A DNA stretch of 52,318 nucleotides from a virus (lineage: Duplodnaviria > Caudoviricetes): IMG/VR virus record IMGVR_UViG_3300042434_000613, positions 1-52,318 of that record. The stretch is one strand, 5' to 3'. The notes beneath the pieces are model-generated. The model ran no database searches, was not told the origin of the DNA, and was given only the letters and a program-made list of their open reading frames with translations. A program made the position numbers and the translations under genes. Shown in pieces: positions 1-7,981 of the stretch (the stretch's first letter is position 1; each line of letters starts with the position of its first letter).

Positions 1-1318
1 TAATTAAACTGGTGATTGGTTGAGAATCATCTTCATATGCTGCCCAACCAACTCCATCGGGAGCATAATCAACACGAAAGTCTACAAGAGCACAGAGTTT
101 AAATTGAGGTAATGCCTCATTTCTTTCATTGTTTGCTTTTGTATATTGAACGGCAAACACATTAGGTGTCTCCATGAAGATTGCCGTTTGACTTAAATAA
201 GGTAAACTATTTATTTTAAACCAACGAATCATTTTACGAATTCTTAAAGAATCCTCAGCACTTCTCGGTGAAAGTTTCCAAGCACAATCAAATGATCTTA
301 GTTTAGGTCCTCTAAACAACAGCTCAGCATTATTATTTACAACACTACCAGTTGATCTTGCTAATGCAGCTAAAGGATCAACTTTAAAATCTGGTCCTAA
401 ACTAGCAAGAATGTCGCGGGTTAAATTGTTTAATACTTGAGTTCTTATTTGCCCACCATCTCCAGCACTTCCATATGCTGATGCTAATGATGCCCAAGCT
501 TCTAAATTTGAAGATTGTTTAAATCCAGATCTTAAGAGAGTCCCCATTCCTGTAGGATCCATTTCATACTTGTTCCGAATAGAACTGTAAAGACCAAGTG
601 CTAATGCATTTACAGTATCAATTCCCCACTCTGCACCTACAGCATCTCTTACTGCCAATGGCATTGGTAAGATAACCTCTCCACGTTGATCATAATTTTT
701 TATTAACGCATTTAATTGCTGATAACTATCAAACTCTTGATTATTTGATACTGTTCCTTCAGTAAACAAACTTCCAGTATTAAAAACACCTTCTAAGAAA
801 TCTTGTTGCGGAGGAACATATTTTAATGCTTTGATTCTTATGGTGTCTTGAGAATATTTTACTCCTCCAGATTCAGACTTTACAATCAAATCTGATGGGA
901 ACACTATTACACCAGATGTTTTTGGTTGACTTTTACCAACTAATGAATTAATATTTTGTAAATTTCTTCCTTGGAATTCAGCCCCATTAGATCTTTCTGT
1001 GGCGCTAACATTTGCAATTGCTTTATCAAGCTTAGTGCTTTCCGAATCAAACTGTGCCTGTGGAGCTAAAACATTATTTGCGCTTGTATATTCTTTATGA
1101 ACACCACCAGCAGCTCTAAACTGTTTATTTAAAGAATCACTAATTATTAAACTATTTAATAATGATGAACTTTGCTGTCTTGTTAAAGTTTCACTTGTTG
1201 AATTATTGATGACCGATACAACTTTACCAGATGTGTTTGAATCAGTATATACCGTATAGTATTGTCCTACCGCATCTCTAACAATAAATTGTTGTGTACC
1301 AGATTGTTGTACTGACAT
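1..1318 (-). CDS. gp48: Baseplate tail-tube cap (T4 gp48-like), 3' end truncated by window start
   Basis: Not in the ORF track. My translation from ATG at 1318 (MSVQQSGTQQ...) stays open to position 2, with motifs VILPMP, NNNAELLFRGPKLRSFDCAWKLSPRS, TPNVF, FKLCAL..VDYAPDG. Synteny with gp2/gp4. Confidence 0.88.
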   Translation of the reverse strand, partial: MSVQQSGTQQFIVRDAVGQYYTVYTDSNTSGKVVSVINNSTSETLTRQQSSSLLNSLIISDSLNKQFRAAGGVHKEYTSANNVLAPQAQFDSESTKLDKAIANVSATERSNGAEFQGRNLQNINSLVGKSQPKTSGVIVFPSDLIVKSESGGVKYSQDTIRIKALKYVPPQQDFLEGVFNTGSLFTEGTVSNNQEFDSYQQLNALIKNYDQRGEVILPMPLAVRDAVGAEWGIDTVNALALGLYSSIRNKYEMDPTGMGTLLRSGFKQSSNLEAWASLASAYGSAGDGGQIRTQVLNNLTRDILASLGPDFKVDPLAALARSTGSVVNNNAELLFRGPKLRSFDCAWKLSPRSAEDSLRIRKMIRWFKINSLPYLSQTAIFMETPNVFAVQYTKANNERNEALPQFKLCALVDFRVDYAPDGVGWAAYEDDSQPITSLI

Positions 1319-1321
1319 TAA

Positions 1322-1828
1322 TTATGCCGCCCAAACTCTACTATTTTTTACTTGTTGATTGTATTTATTGACAAAATACTCGGTTATAAACTCAGCACAT
1401 CCTTTCACATCTTCATCAGGAACTCTGTTAATATCATTGATACCTTGAGGGTAATATGAATGAAGACATTTATCTGGCAAAACGTTTGTTGCTTTTAATG
1501 CATTCAGTGCATATGTTCCACGAATAGATGGATTTAAATAATGAAAGTTTCCGCCTAGAATCAAACCAGTCTTAGTGTCAATACCTAAAATAATAGCTAA
1601 AGGAAATCTATCATAGTATGGATAACGATTTGGAAACTTTGCAACGTAATTAAAATAGTATACTTTACCAACTTCCAAACCAAAAGTATCTAGATTATCA
1701 CTAACATCATAATTTTTTTGAACAACATTTAACTCTTCAAACAATCTCATTCGATACCAATCTTGAGTTTGAAATTGTCCTTTTAATCTTTTTTTAACTT
1801 CATCTTTGATTATTTCTGATGGCTTCAT
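1322..1828 (-). CDS. gp2: DNA end protector protein
   Basis: Motifs YPYYDRFPL and GGNFHYL typical of gp2; adjacent to gp4. Confidence 0.85.
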   Translation of the reverse strand: MKPSEIIKDEVKKRLKGQFQTQDWYRMRLFEELNVVQKNYDVSDNLDTFGLEVGKVYYFNYVAKFPNRYPYYDRFPLAIILGIDTKTGLILGGNFHYLNPSIRGTYALNALKATNVLPDKCLHSYYPQGINDINRVPDEDVKGCAEFITEYFVNKYNQQVKNSRVWAA

Positions 1829-2268
1829 AATCCAAGATCCTCTTCAGTCAAAATCTTGAATGTCATCATTCTGTCCTCACACCACTCTTTTGCAGCCTCC
1901 CATTTAGCAGTGTTCTTTGCATACTCAAAAACACTTTTTTTCCAGTGCTGAGTTTTTCTTTTAGGATTTTGGACAGGGCCAATAACTTGTTTCTTTGGTT
2001 TAATCTCAATCAAATATTTTTTTACAACTCCAGTTTTTTCTTTGACTTTAATATAAAAATCCACAAAGTACCTGTGATATCTATTGTCCAATGGAGAACG
2101 ATAAGGTATTACAATCTCTTCACTTCCCCACTCCAAAACATTTGAATTCTCATCACAGTATTTCATGAAAACTAACTCCCAGGAAGACCTATAAAATATA
2201 TTTGTAGGATCTCCTTTATACTTTTGATAATTCTTGGGCGAAAATTTCCCTTGATAATACATATACAT
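1825..2268 (-). CDS. gp4: Head completion nuclease (TnsA-like PD-(D/E)XK)
   Basis: YQGKFSPKNYQKYKGDPTNIFYRSSWE, HRYFVDF, LIEIKP, KWEAA, FKILTE. Confidence 0.93.
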   Translation of the reverse strand: MYMYYQGKFSPKNYQKYKGDPTNIFYRSSWELVFMKYCDENSNVLEWGSEEIVIPYRSPLDNRYHRYFVDFYIKVKEKTGVVKKYLIEIKPKKQVIGPVQNPKRKTQHWKKSVFEYAKNTAKWEAAKEWCEDRMMTFKILTEEDLGL

Positions 2269-2285
2269 AGTATAGATACCCCAAA

Positions 2286-2292
2286 TATTTAG
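2286..2292 (-). promoter_or_regulatory. T4-type late promoter (CTAAATA) for gp4-gp2-gp48
   Basis: CTAAATA on the minus strand 18 nt upstream of gp4; a divergent TATAGATA at 2271-2278 may serve the plus-strand gene. Confidence 0.6.
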
Positions 2293-2295
2293 CTT

Positions 2296-3255
2296 GTGTC
2301 TAGTAATACAAGACTTTATTTTCCAATAGAAAGTGTAAAGAATACCTTTTCAAAGGTATCTCTTAATAGTTACTACAAGGTAGCATTTCCATTAAGCGAT
2401 AGAGCTGCAGGGAATGCTGGATTAGTTAGTTGGTTGCGAGCTGCTGGAATATATGATACTGCATCAACCAATGGTCTAGATCCGATTGAAGCAATTGAAC
2501 TGTTATGTGCTGGAACAGTTCTTCCTGGTCCTAATTTTAAAACAACAGATACGATTGGAAATAGGCAAGGAGTAATTGAAAAATATCCTATTCTTCGTCA
2601 GTATCCCGAATTGACGATGACTTTTTACGTTGACAATAATCATAGGATCATTAGATTTTTTGAAGAGTGGATTAATTTTATTAACCCATTGTATTCAGGC
2701 GATGGAGTTGTTACATCCTCAGAAGCAGGACAGGATTATCCTGTTGCTGGAAATGAAAATAATTTTATGAAGTTTAGATATCCAAATACTTATTGCCAAA
2801 GAATTCTTGTTACTAAGTTTGAGAAAGATTTAAATACAACAACACGAGTTAATGATACTACAATTCAAAGTTATAATAGTGGATATTTAAGCTATGAATT
2901 TATTCAAGCATATCCATCCAACATTATTGTTTCTCCTGTAAGCTATCAGGCAAGTGAAATTTTAACTTTTACTGTTAACTTTAACTATAGTAGATATATC
3001 ATTAGAAGAAACTTAAGCGCAGTTAAACAATATCATAGTGCTATCACAGTTCCTGATGTTCCAACTGGAAATGCATTGCAAGGTTTTGAAGAATTTTCTG
3101 GAGCACAGCCATTTGATACTAGTCCTTTTAGCAGAACATTGACAAATGAATATTATAATAATGGAATTATACGTGGAAATACACCATCACAACAAACACA
3201 AGGTCCTGGACAAAGATCACAAGATGCAACCAATTTTGGTCGTGGTAATGCCTAA
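2296..3255 (+). CDS. Tail-tube family protein / baseplate tail-tube initiator (gp54/gp19-like)
   Basis: LLCAGTVLPG, LTMTFYVD..RFFEEWINFI, YEFIQAYP, FTVNFNY; GTG start. Confidence 0.78.
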   Translation: MSSNTRLYFPIESVKNTFSKVSLNSYYKVAFPLSDRAAGNAGLVSWLRAAGIYDTASTNGLDPIEAIELLCAGTVLPGPNFKTTDTIGNRQGVIEKYPILRQYPELTMTFYVDNNHRIIRFFEEWINFINPLYSGDGVVTSSEAGQDYPVAGNENNFMKFRYPNTYCQRILVTKFEKDLNTTTRVNDTTIQSYNSGYLSYEFIQAYPSNIIVSPVSYQASEILTFTVNFNYSRYIIRRNLSAVKQYHSAITVPDVPTGNALQGFEEFSGAQPFDTSPFSRTLTNEYYNNGIIRGNTPSQQTQGPGQRSQDATNFGRGNA

Positions 3256-3261
3256 TAAATA
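3254..3261 (+). promoter_or_regulatory. Late promoter AATAAATA
   Basis: NATAAATA 20 nt upstream of the gp26 ATG. Confidence 0.7.
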
Positions 3262-3281
3262 AATTTAACTGATCTTATAGT

Positions 3282-4007
3282 ATGCCATTACCAGAATATA
3301 CTGTTCCACAATATGATTTGACTCTTCCATCAAATAAAAAGAAGATCAAATATAGACCATTCCTTGTTAAGGAAGAAAAGGTTTTAATCATTGCATTAGA
3401 ATCTAGAAATCCAAAACAAATTACTGACGCAATTAAACAAGTATTGTCTAATTGTATTCTCACTAAAGGAATTAAAATTGAAGAACTTCCTTCGTTTGAT
3501 ATTGAATACTTGTTTTTAAATATTCGTGCTAAATCTATTGGCGAGTCTATTGAACTTGTAATCACTTGTGGTGATGATGGTGAAACAGAAGTTCCAGTTA
3601 CATTATTTGTAGATGAAATTCAAGTTCAATATCTAGAGGGACATACCAATAAAATTGATATGGAAAATGGATATCATTGGCAAATGAAATATCCATCTTT
3701 AAATCAATTTATTGAAAACAACTTTGATGTTTCAGAAAAGTCTTCAGAGAATGTAGAACGATCTGTAAAACTTATTGCATCATGTATGGAAAGCGTTTAT
3801 AATGAAGAAGATTGTTGGATGGCTTCTGACTGTACTGAAAAAGAACTGATTGATTATGTTGAGAAGTTAACTCCCAAGCAATATAAAAAAATTGAACAGT
3901 TCTTTAAAACAATGCCTAAGTTGAGTCATACATTACAAGTAGTCAATCCTAACACTGGAAAAGAGAATAGTATCGTTCTGGAGGGTTTAACTGATTTTTT
4001 CGGCTAG
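3282..4007 (+). CDS. gp26: Baseplate hub subunit/assembly chaperone (T4 gp26-like)
   Basis: MPLP..P.Y.LTLPS..KIKYRPFLVKEEKVL, FDIEYLFLNIRAKSIGE, FF.TMPKL, LEGL.DFF. Confidence 0.9.
   Translation: MPLPEYTVPQYDLTLPSNKKKIKYRPFLVKEEKVLIIALESRNPKQITDAIKQVLSNCILTKGIKIEELPSFDIEYLFLNIRAKSIGESIELVITCGDDGETEVPVTLFVDEIQVQYLEGHTNKIDMENGYHWQMKYPSLNQFIENNFDVSEKSSENVERSVKLIASCMESVYNEEDCWMASDCTEKELIDYVEKLTPKQYKKIEQFFKTMPKLSHTLQVVNPNTGKENSIVLEGLTDFFG
3980..4001 (+). other. Candidate -1 programmed ribosomal frameshift site (internal SD + slippery heptamer)
   Basis: GGAGG at 3980-3984, 10-nt spacer, T TTT TTC at 3995-4001 in correct phase, one sense codon before the gp26 stop; the -1 frame is gp51. Confidence 0.7.
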
Positions 4008-4180
4008 CCCTAGCCAAAGAAGATCTTGAAACATATTTCAGGATCAACTTTGCGCTAATGCAAGTTCATAAGTATTCTCTTACTGAAATAGAAAATATGA
4101 TTCCTTGGGAAAGAGAAACCTATCTTGAACTTCTAAAACAATACATAGAAGAAAAGGAAGCAGAAAAACAAAATGGATGA
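3995..4180 (+). CDS. gp51: Baseplate hub assembly catalyst (gp51-like) reading frame
   Basis: Not in the ORF track. Frame reads FFRLALAKEDLETYFRINFALMQVHKYSLTEIENMIPWERETYLELLKQYIEEKEAEKQNG*; first ATG only at 4058. Confidence 0.85.
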   Translation, partial: FFRLALAKEDLETYFRINFALMQVHKYSLTEIENMIPWERETYLELLKQYIEEKEAEKQNG

Positions 4181-5501
4181 AGAATCCCCAAAGGCTATAG
4201 ACGCAAGTAAGTTTTTTGGTGCTGGAGAAGCAGTAATTGAAGGTGCTGCATCTCCAGCTGCAAGTGTGCAAAGAACACGAGCTGTCTATTCTGGTGGAGA
4301 TGATTTATCTAGACTTCTTAGAATTATTAAAACTGAAATAGATATAAATGATGAGGAAGATCAATTAAAAGAAGATCCAGAAAAGATAAGATTGCAATCA
4401 TTAGTTGATGGATTAACTGGTAGAGTTGATTTATTAACTTCACAACTCTCAGGATTATTTTCTCTAATACTTGGTGATATAAAAGGTAGAAATATTGAAG
4501 CAAGACAATCAGTAAAAGAAGAACAACAAAGAAGCTCTGAGATTTCTAAAGCTACTAAATTGCAAGCATTGCAAGCAACAACACAAGACATAATTAAAGC
4601 AGCTGAAGAAAGAGGGCAGCAACGTCAAGCTGAAATGGAACAAGAGCGTCAAATGGGTACGCTAATTTCGGCTTTGGGTTTTGGTGTTGGAATATCTGGA
4701 ATGATGCGGGGGAAAGATGAAGAAGATTTAAATCAATTTATTGGTGGAGAGCCTATTTCTAATCCAGTACGAGCCCAAGAAATATATCATTATTTAATTT
4801 CAAAAGGCATTAGTCATACACATGCAGTTGGAATATTAAACAACATTGAACATGAATCTGGATTTGATTCTGGTGCAATGGGAGATTATGAAAATGGAAA
4901 ACCTAATTCTTTTGGATTGTTTCAATTTAATTTGGGTGGTGGACGTGCTCAAACAATGTTTAAATCTGTAGGCACAGATTGGGCAAAAGATTGGAAAGGT
5001 CAGGTTGATTATGCACTGTCTGAGCCAGCGATGAAAACATATTTGAAAAAATCTTTTGCAACACCAGCAGATGCATCAAAGGATTTTACAATAAATTTTG
5101 AAAACCCTGCAAACAAAGAAGAAAAATCATTAGAAAGATTAAACACAATTAATACGTTTGATAAATTTAAGGATCTTGGTAATCAATCAAGCAAAATGAA
5201 AGGCAGAGGGGCAACAGGTGATCCACCACAAGTAGCACAAATATCTTCCCCAGGAACTATGATTAGTGTTCAGCAAGAAAAATTAAATGCTCAAGTTTTA
5301 GCACAAGAAACTGGTGGCAAAGCCATGTCACCACAAATAGCATTATTAAATGCTCCAACTAAATCACCAACAATTCCTGAAGGAACTGGGGGAGCACCAA
5401 CAACATCTCATGCATCTGCTCCTATTCTTCCAGCAACAAATCCTAAAGATCCTTATCCAATTGCAACAGCAATCAATCTCAATGCTGTTAAGCAAGCGTA
5501 G
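4173..5501 (+). CDS. Tail/baseplate protein with coiled coil and phage tail lysozyme domain
   Basis: AVGILNNIEHESGF, GLFQF, GQVDY, FTINFENPA resemble the Phage_lysozyme2 family; lies at the tape-measure position. Confidence 0.7.
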   Translation: MDEESPKAIDASKFFGAGEAVIEGAASPAASVQRTRAVYSGGDDLSRLLRIIKTEIDINDEEDQLKEDPEKIRLQSLVDGLTGRVDLLTSQLSGLFSLILGDIKGRNIEARQSVKEEQQRSSEISKATKLQALQATTQDIIKAAEERGQQRQAEMEQERQMGTLISALGFGVGISGMMRGKDEEDLNQFIGGEPISNPVRAQEIYHYLISKGISHTHAVGILNNIEHESGFDSGAMGDYENGKPNSFGLFQFNLGGGRAQTMFKSVGTDWAKDWKGQVDYALSEPAMKTYLKKSFATPADASKDFTINFENPANKEEKSLERLNTINTFDKFKDLGNQSSKMKGRGATGDPPQVAQISSPGTMISVQQEKLNAQVLAQETGGKAMSPQIALLNAPTKSPTIPEGTGGAPTTSHASAPILPATNPKDPYPIATAINLNAVKQA

Positions 5502-5503
5502 AT

Positions 5504-6487
5504 ATGGCAAAAATAACTGCGGAAACCATTAGTAAAGATATTGATATTGTAAAAGATAGAGTACAAGATATCACTGTCTTTATTGATAAAACAAAGTATG
5601 ATTATATTAAAACATCTAAACTAATTAAAAGTAATTTATCTTTATTAAAACAATTAAAAAAACGTTCTCATGAACTTGAAAAGGAATTGCAAAGAACAAA
5701 TCAAATACAAAAAACTGATCTTGAAAGAATAGATGAAAGGAGACAACAGGAAGAAAAACAAAAGGCAGAAATTGCTCAAGAAACAAGTTTTAATAAAGAA
5801 ATTCTCCAGACATTTTTGGGAACTGGTGTTGCCTCAATGGTTATTAGTGAAGAGATACAGGAGCAGCAAGAAACTAAACCAGACGGTTCAAATGGAAGAT
5901 TAAAACCAGATCAATTAAGAGATGTAGGTGATGGGTTTAAACTATGGGCTCCAGCAGCAGAATCTTACTTGCAAATGAAAGCTGCCGCCGCCAGAAATAA
6001 AGTATATTTTAAATTGTCAAGTGCTTATAGAACTTATGAAGAACAGGCAAAGTTAGAGGAAGAACTTGGAACATGGAGTCCAACAAATCCAGGAGCTGCA
6101 CCACCAGGAACTTCTGCACATGGTTGGGGAATTGCAATTGATATTAGTTCACCAGGAGCACAACAATGGATCCGAAGATATGGTGGTCAGTATGGTTGGT
6201 ATTCAACAGTATCAAATGAACCTTGGCATTTTGAATGGAAAGGAAGTGCAATTAATACACCTCAAAGTAAAGTTGAACCAGTAACTAAAAAAACTAATAA
6301 TCAAAACAACAATCTTGTTTCATATAATACGAAAGAAGAACCTGAATCTTTATTACTAGCATTAGTTGCTCCACCAGATAATCCTAGTGTTTCACCACCA
6401 GTAAAGCAAAATGAACCCACGACACCTCCAAATCTGTCACTAAATAAGATTACGGCTAATCCTTTCTTCATCACCCCCACTGGTTAA
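5504..6487 (+). CDS. Virion-associated M15/VanY-like zinc peptidase (peptidoglycan hydrolase)
   Basis: SAYRTYEEQ, PGTSAHGWGIAID (SxHxxGxAxD) and EPWH motifs after an N-terminal coiled coil. Confidence 0.85.
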   Translation: MAKITAETISKDIDIVKDRVQDITVFIDKTKYDYIKTSKLIKSNLSLLKQLKKRSHELEKELQRTNQIQKTDLERIDERRQQEEKQKAEIAQETSFNKEILQTFLGTGVASMVISEEIQEQQETKPDGSNGRLKPDQLRDVGDGFKLWAPAAESYLQMKAAAARNKVYFKLSSAYRTYEEQAKLEEELGTWSPTNPGAAPPGTSAHGWGIAIDISSPGAQQWIRRYGGQYGWYSTVSNEPWHFEWKGSAINTPQSKVEPVTKKTNNQNNNLVSYNTKEEPESLLLALVAPPDNPSVSPPVKQNEPTTPPNLSLNKITANPFFITPTG

Positions 6488-7767
6488 TGTCTGCAGAAAA
6501 TAGTTTTGAATATGGCAGCTTTAAAATAAAACCACTTAAATCAAGTTCTAATTTAAAGGAGATTGATTTAGGTGCAAAATCCATTGCGAGTTTTTCTTTT
6601 TATGAAAACGTATTATCGCCAGGGGTTACAGCAAGAATTAGTTTTGCTATAATTGATATTACTAAAAGTTCTGGACTTGAATTATATGGTGGAGAAGAAC
6701 TATTAGGATCAATTAATGTGCCAGATTTTCAAGGTGGAGAGATTAATTTTTCTACTCCAGGAAAAGGATTGAGAATTAGAACGATACAATCTTTAAGAGA
6801 ATCTACAAAAAGTGTTTACAATTTAGAGTTGACTAGTTATGAAACTCTAATGAATGAAATTGTTAGAGTTCCAAATCGATTTGATGGTAACGTAGGAGTC
6901 AGTGCAGAAAAAATATTCCGCCAATTAAAAAGTAATAAAACAATTGTAACCGAGAAGAGTTCTAATAATTATTCTTTTGTAGGAAATAATAAAAGACCAT
7001 TTGATTTACTTAACTTCTTATGTCCTAAAGCTGTAGCGCCTGACAAAAAATCACCAGGATATTTTTTCTTTGAAACACAAGATGGATTTGTATTTAAAAG
7101 TATTAACACACTATTAAAAGGCGGAACTAATGTTCCAATCTATACTCAGGAAGATGTTACAAATGCAAATCGTGTTGCTAACAAATACAGGATATTAAAT
7201 TCGTATATTGAAAAGAACAATGATGTATTGAATTCATTGCGTTTGGGAATGTATGCAAACAAAAGTTTGTTTTACAATCTGTATACAAATGAACCTAAGT
7301 TTGTTGACTTTCAATTAAAACAGAAGTATAATGGTGAGATTGTAACCTCATCAGGTAATCTTACAGATACATATCCACCACTGCCAGGGAACATGCAAGA
7401 TTTCCCATCTAGATATTTTGTTAGAACTTTAGATGTTGGTGCATTAGATAAGACTGGAAAGTTAAGCAAAGATTCTTTGTATCCAGACCTACCTAAATAT
7501 CAAGCAGAAGCTGTCGTAAGGTACAATCTTTTATTCTCTCAGATATTAAAAATTACTATTCCATGTAATCCTTCATTAAGAGCAGGTCAAATTATAGAGT
7601 GTAGAATACCCGAGACAGCTTCCCAAATGCAAAATAAAAATTACGAATCAATTAGTTCTGGTCGCTATATGATAACGGCATTACACCATGCGTTTTCTGG
7701 GAAGGATTGTTACACTGCGCTTGAATTGGTTAAAGATTCATATGACATTAAAACGCAATTAGCATAA
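6487..7767 (+). CDS. Baseplate hub protein (gp27-like)
   Basis: GYFFFETQDGFVFKSI, ITIPCNPSLRAGQII, SGRYMITALHH, LELVKDS; upstream of gp5. Confidence 0.72.
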   Translation: MSAENSFEYGSFKIKPLKSSSNLKEIDLGAKSIASFSFYENVLSPGVTARISFAIIDITKSSGLELYGGEELLGSINVPDFQGGEINFSTPGKGLRIRTIQSLRESTKSVYNLELTSYETLMNEIVRVPNRFDGNVGVSAEKIFRQLKSNKTIVTEKSSNNYSFVGNNKRPFDLLNFLCPKAVAPDKKSPGYFFFETQDGFVFKSINTLLKGGTNVPIYTQEDVTNANRVANKYRILNSYIEKNNDVLNSLRLGMYANKSLFYNLYTNEPKFVDFQLKQKYNGEIVTSSGNLTDTYPPLPGNMQDFPSRYFVRTLDVGALDKTGKLSKDSLYPDLPKYQAEAVVRYNLLFSQILKITIPCNPSLRAGQIIECRIPETASQMQNKNYESISSGRYMITALHHAFSGKDCYTALELVKDSYDIKTQLA

Positions 7768-7768
7768 A

Positions 7769-7981
7769 ATGGAAAACATTCAACAACATATCCAAAAGGA
7801 TAAAGAAATTTTAAGTGATCCCACAGTTTCCCCACAAATGCGCCGCCATATTGAGGGTGAATTAGAAGATCTTCAAAAATATCATGAGCGTCATCCTGAA
7901 GATGATCATGATCCAACCCCATTAGAATTATTTTGTGACGCTAATCCTAATGCTTTAGAGTGTAAAGTATACGAAGACTAA
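7769..7981 (+). CDS. cp12: CP12 Calvin-cycle inhibitor (auxiliary metabolic gene)
   Basis: C-terminal PTPLELFCDANPNALECKVYED CP12 signature; cyanophage-type N-terminus (SPQMRRHIEGEL). Confidence 0.93.
   Translation: MENIQQHIQKDKEILSDPTVSPQMRRHIEGELEDLQKYHERHPEDDHDPTPLELFCDANPNALECKVYED

Noticed and set aside
1825-2268. TnsA-like nuclease as a Tn7 transposon
   Set aside because: It is the core T4 gp4 in normal synteny; no other transposition genes or ends.
4002-4015. GGCTA-GCCC-TAGCC hairpin as frameshift stimulator
   Set aside because: It directly abuts the slip site, so it would be unwound inside the ribosome; not counted as evidence.
4005-4058. TAG readthrough or stop-codon reassignment after gp26
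   Set aside because: The zero frame hits another TAG and then TAA without gp51-like sequence; TAG ends other genes normally.
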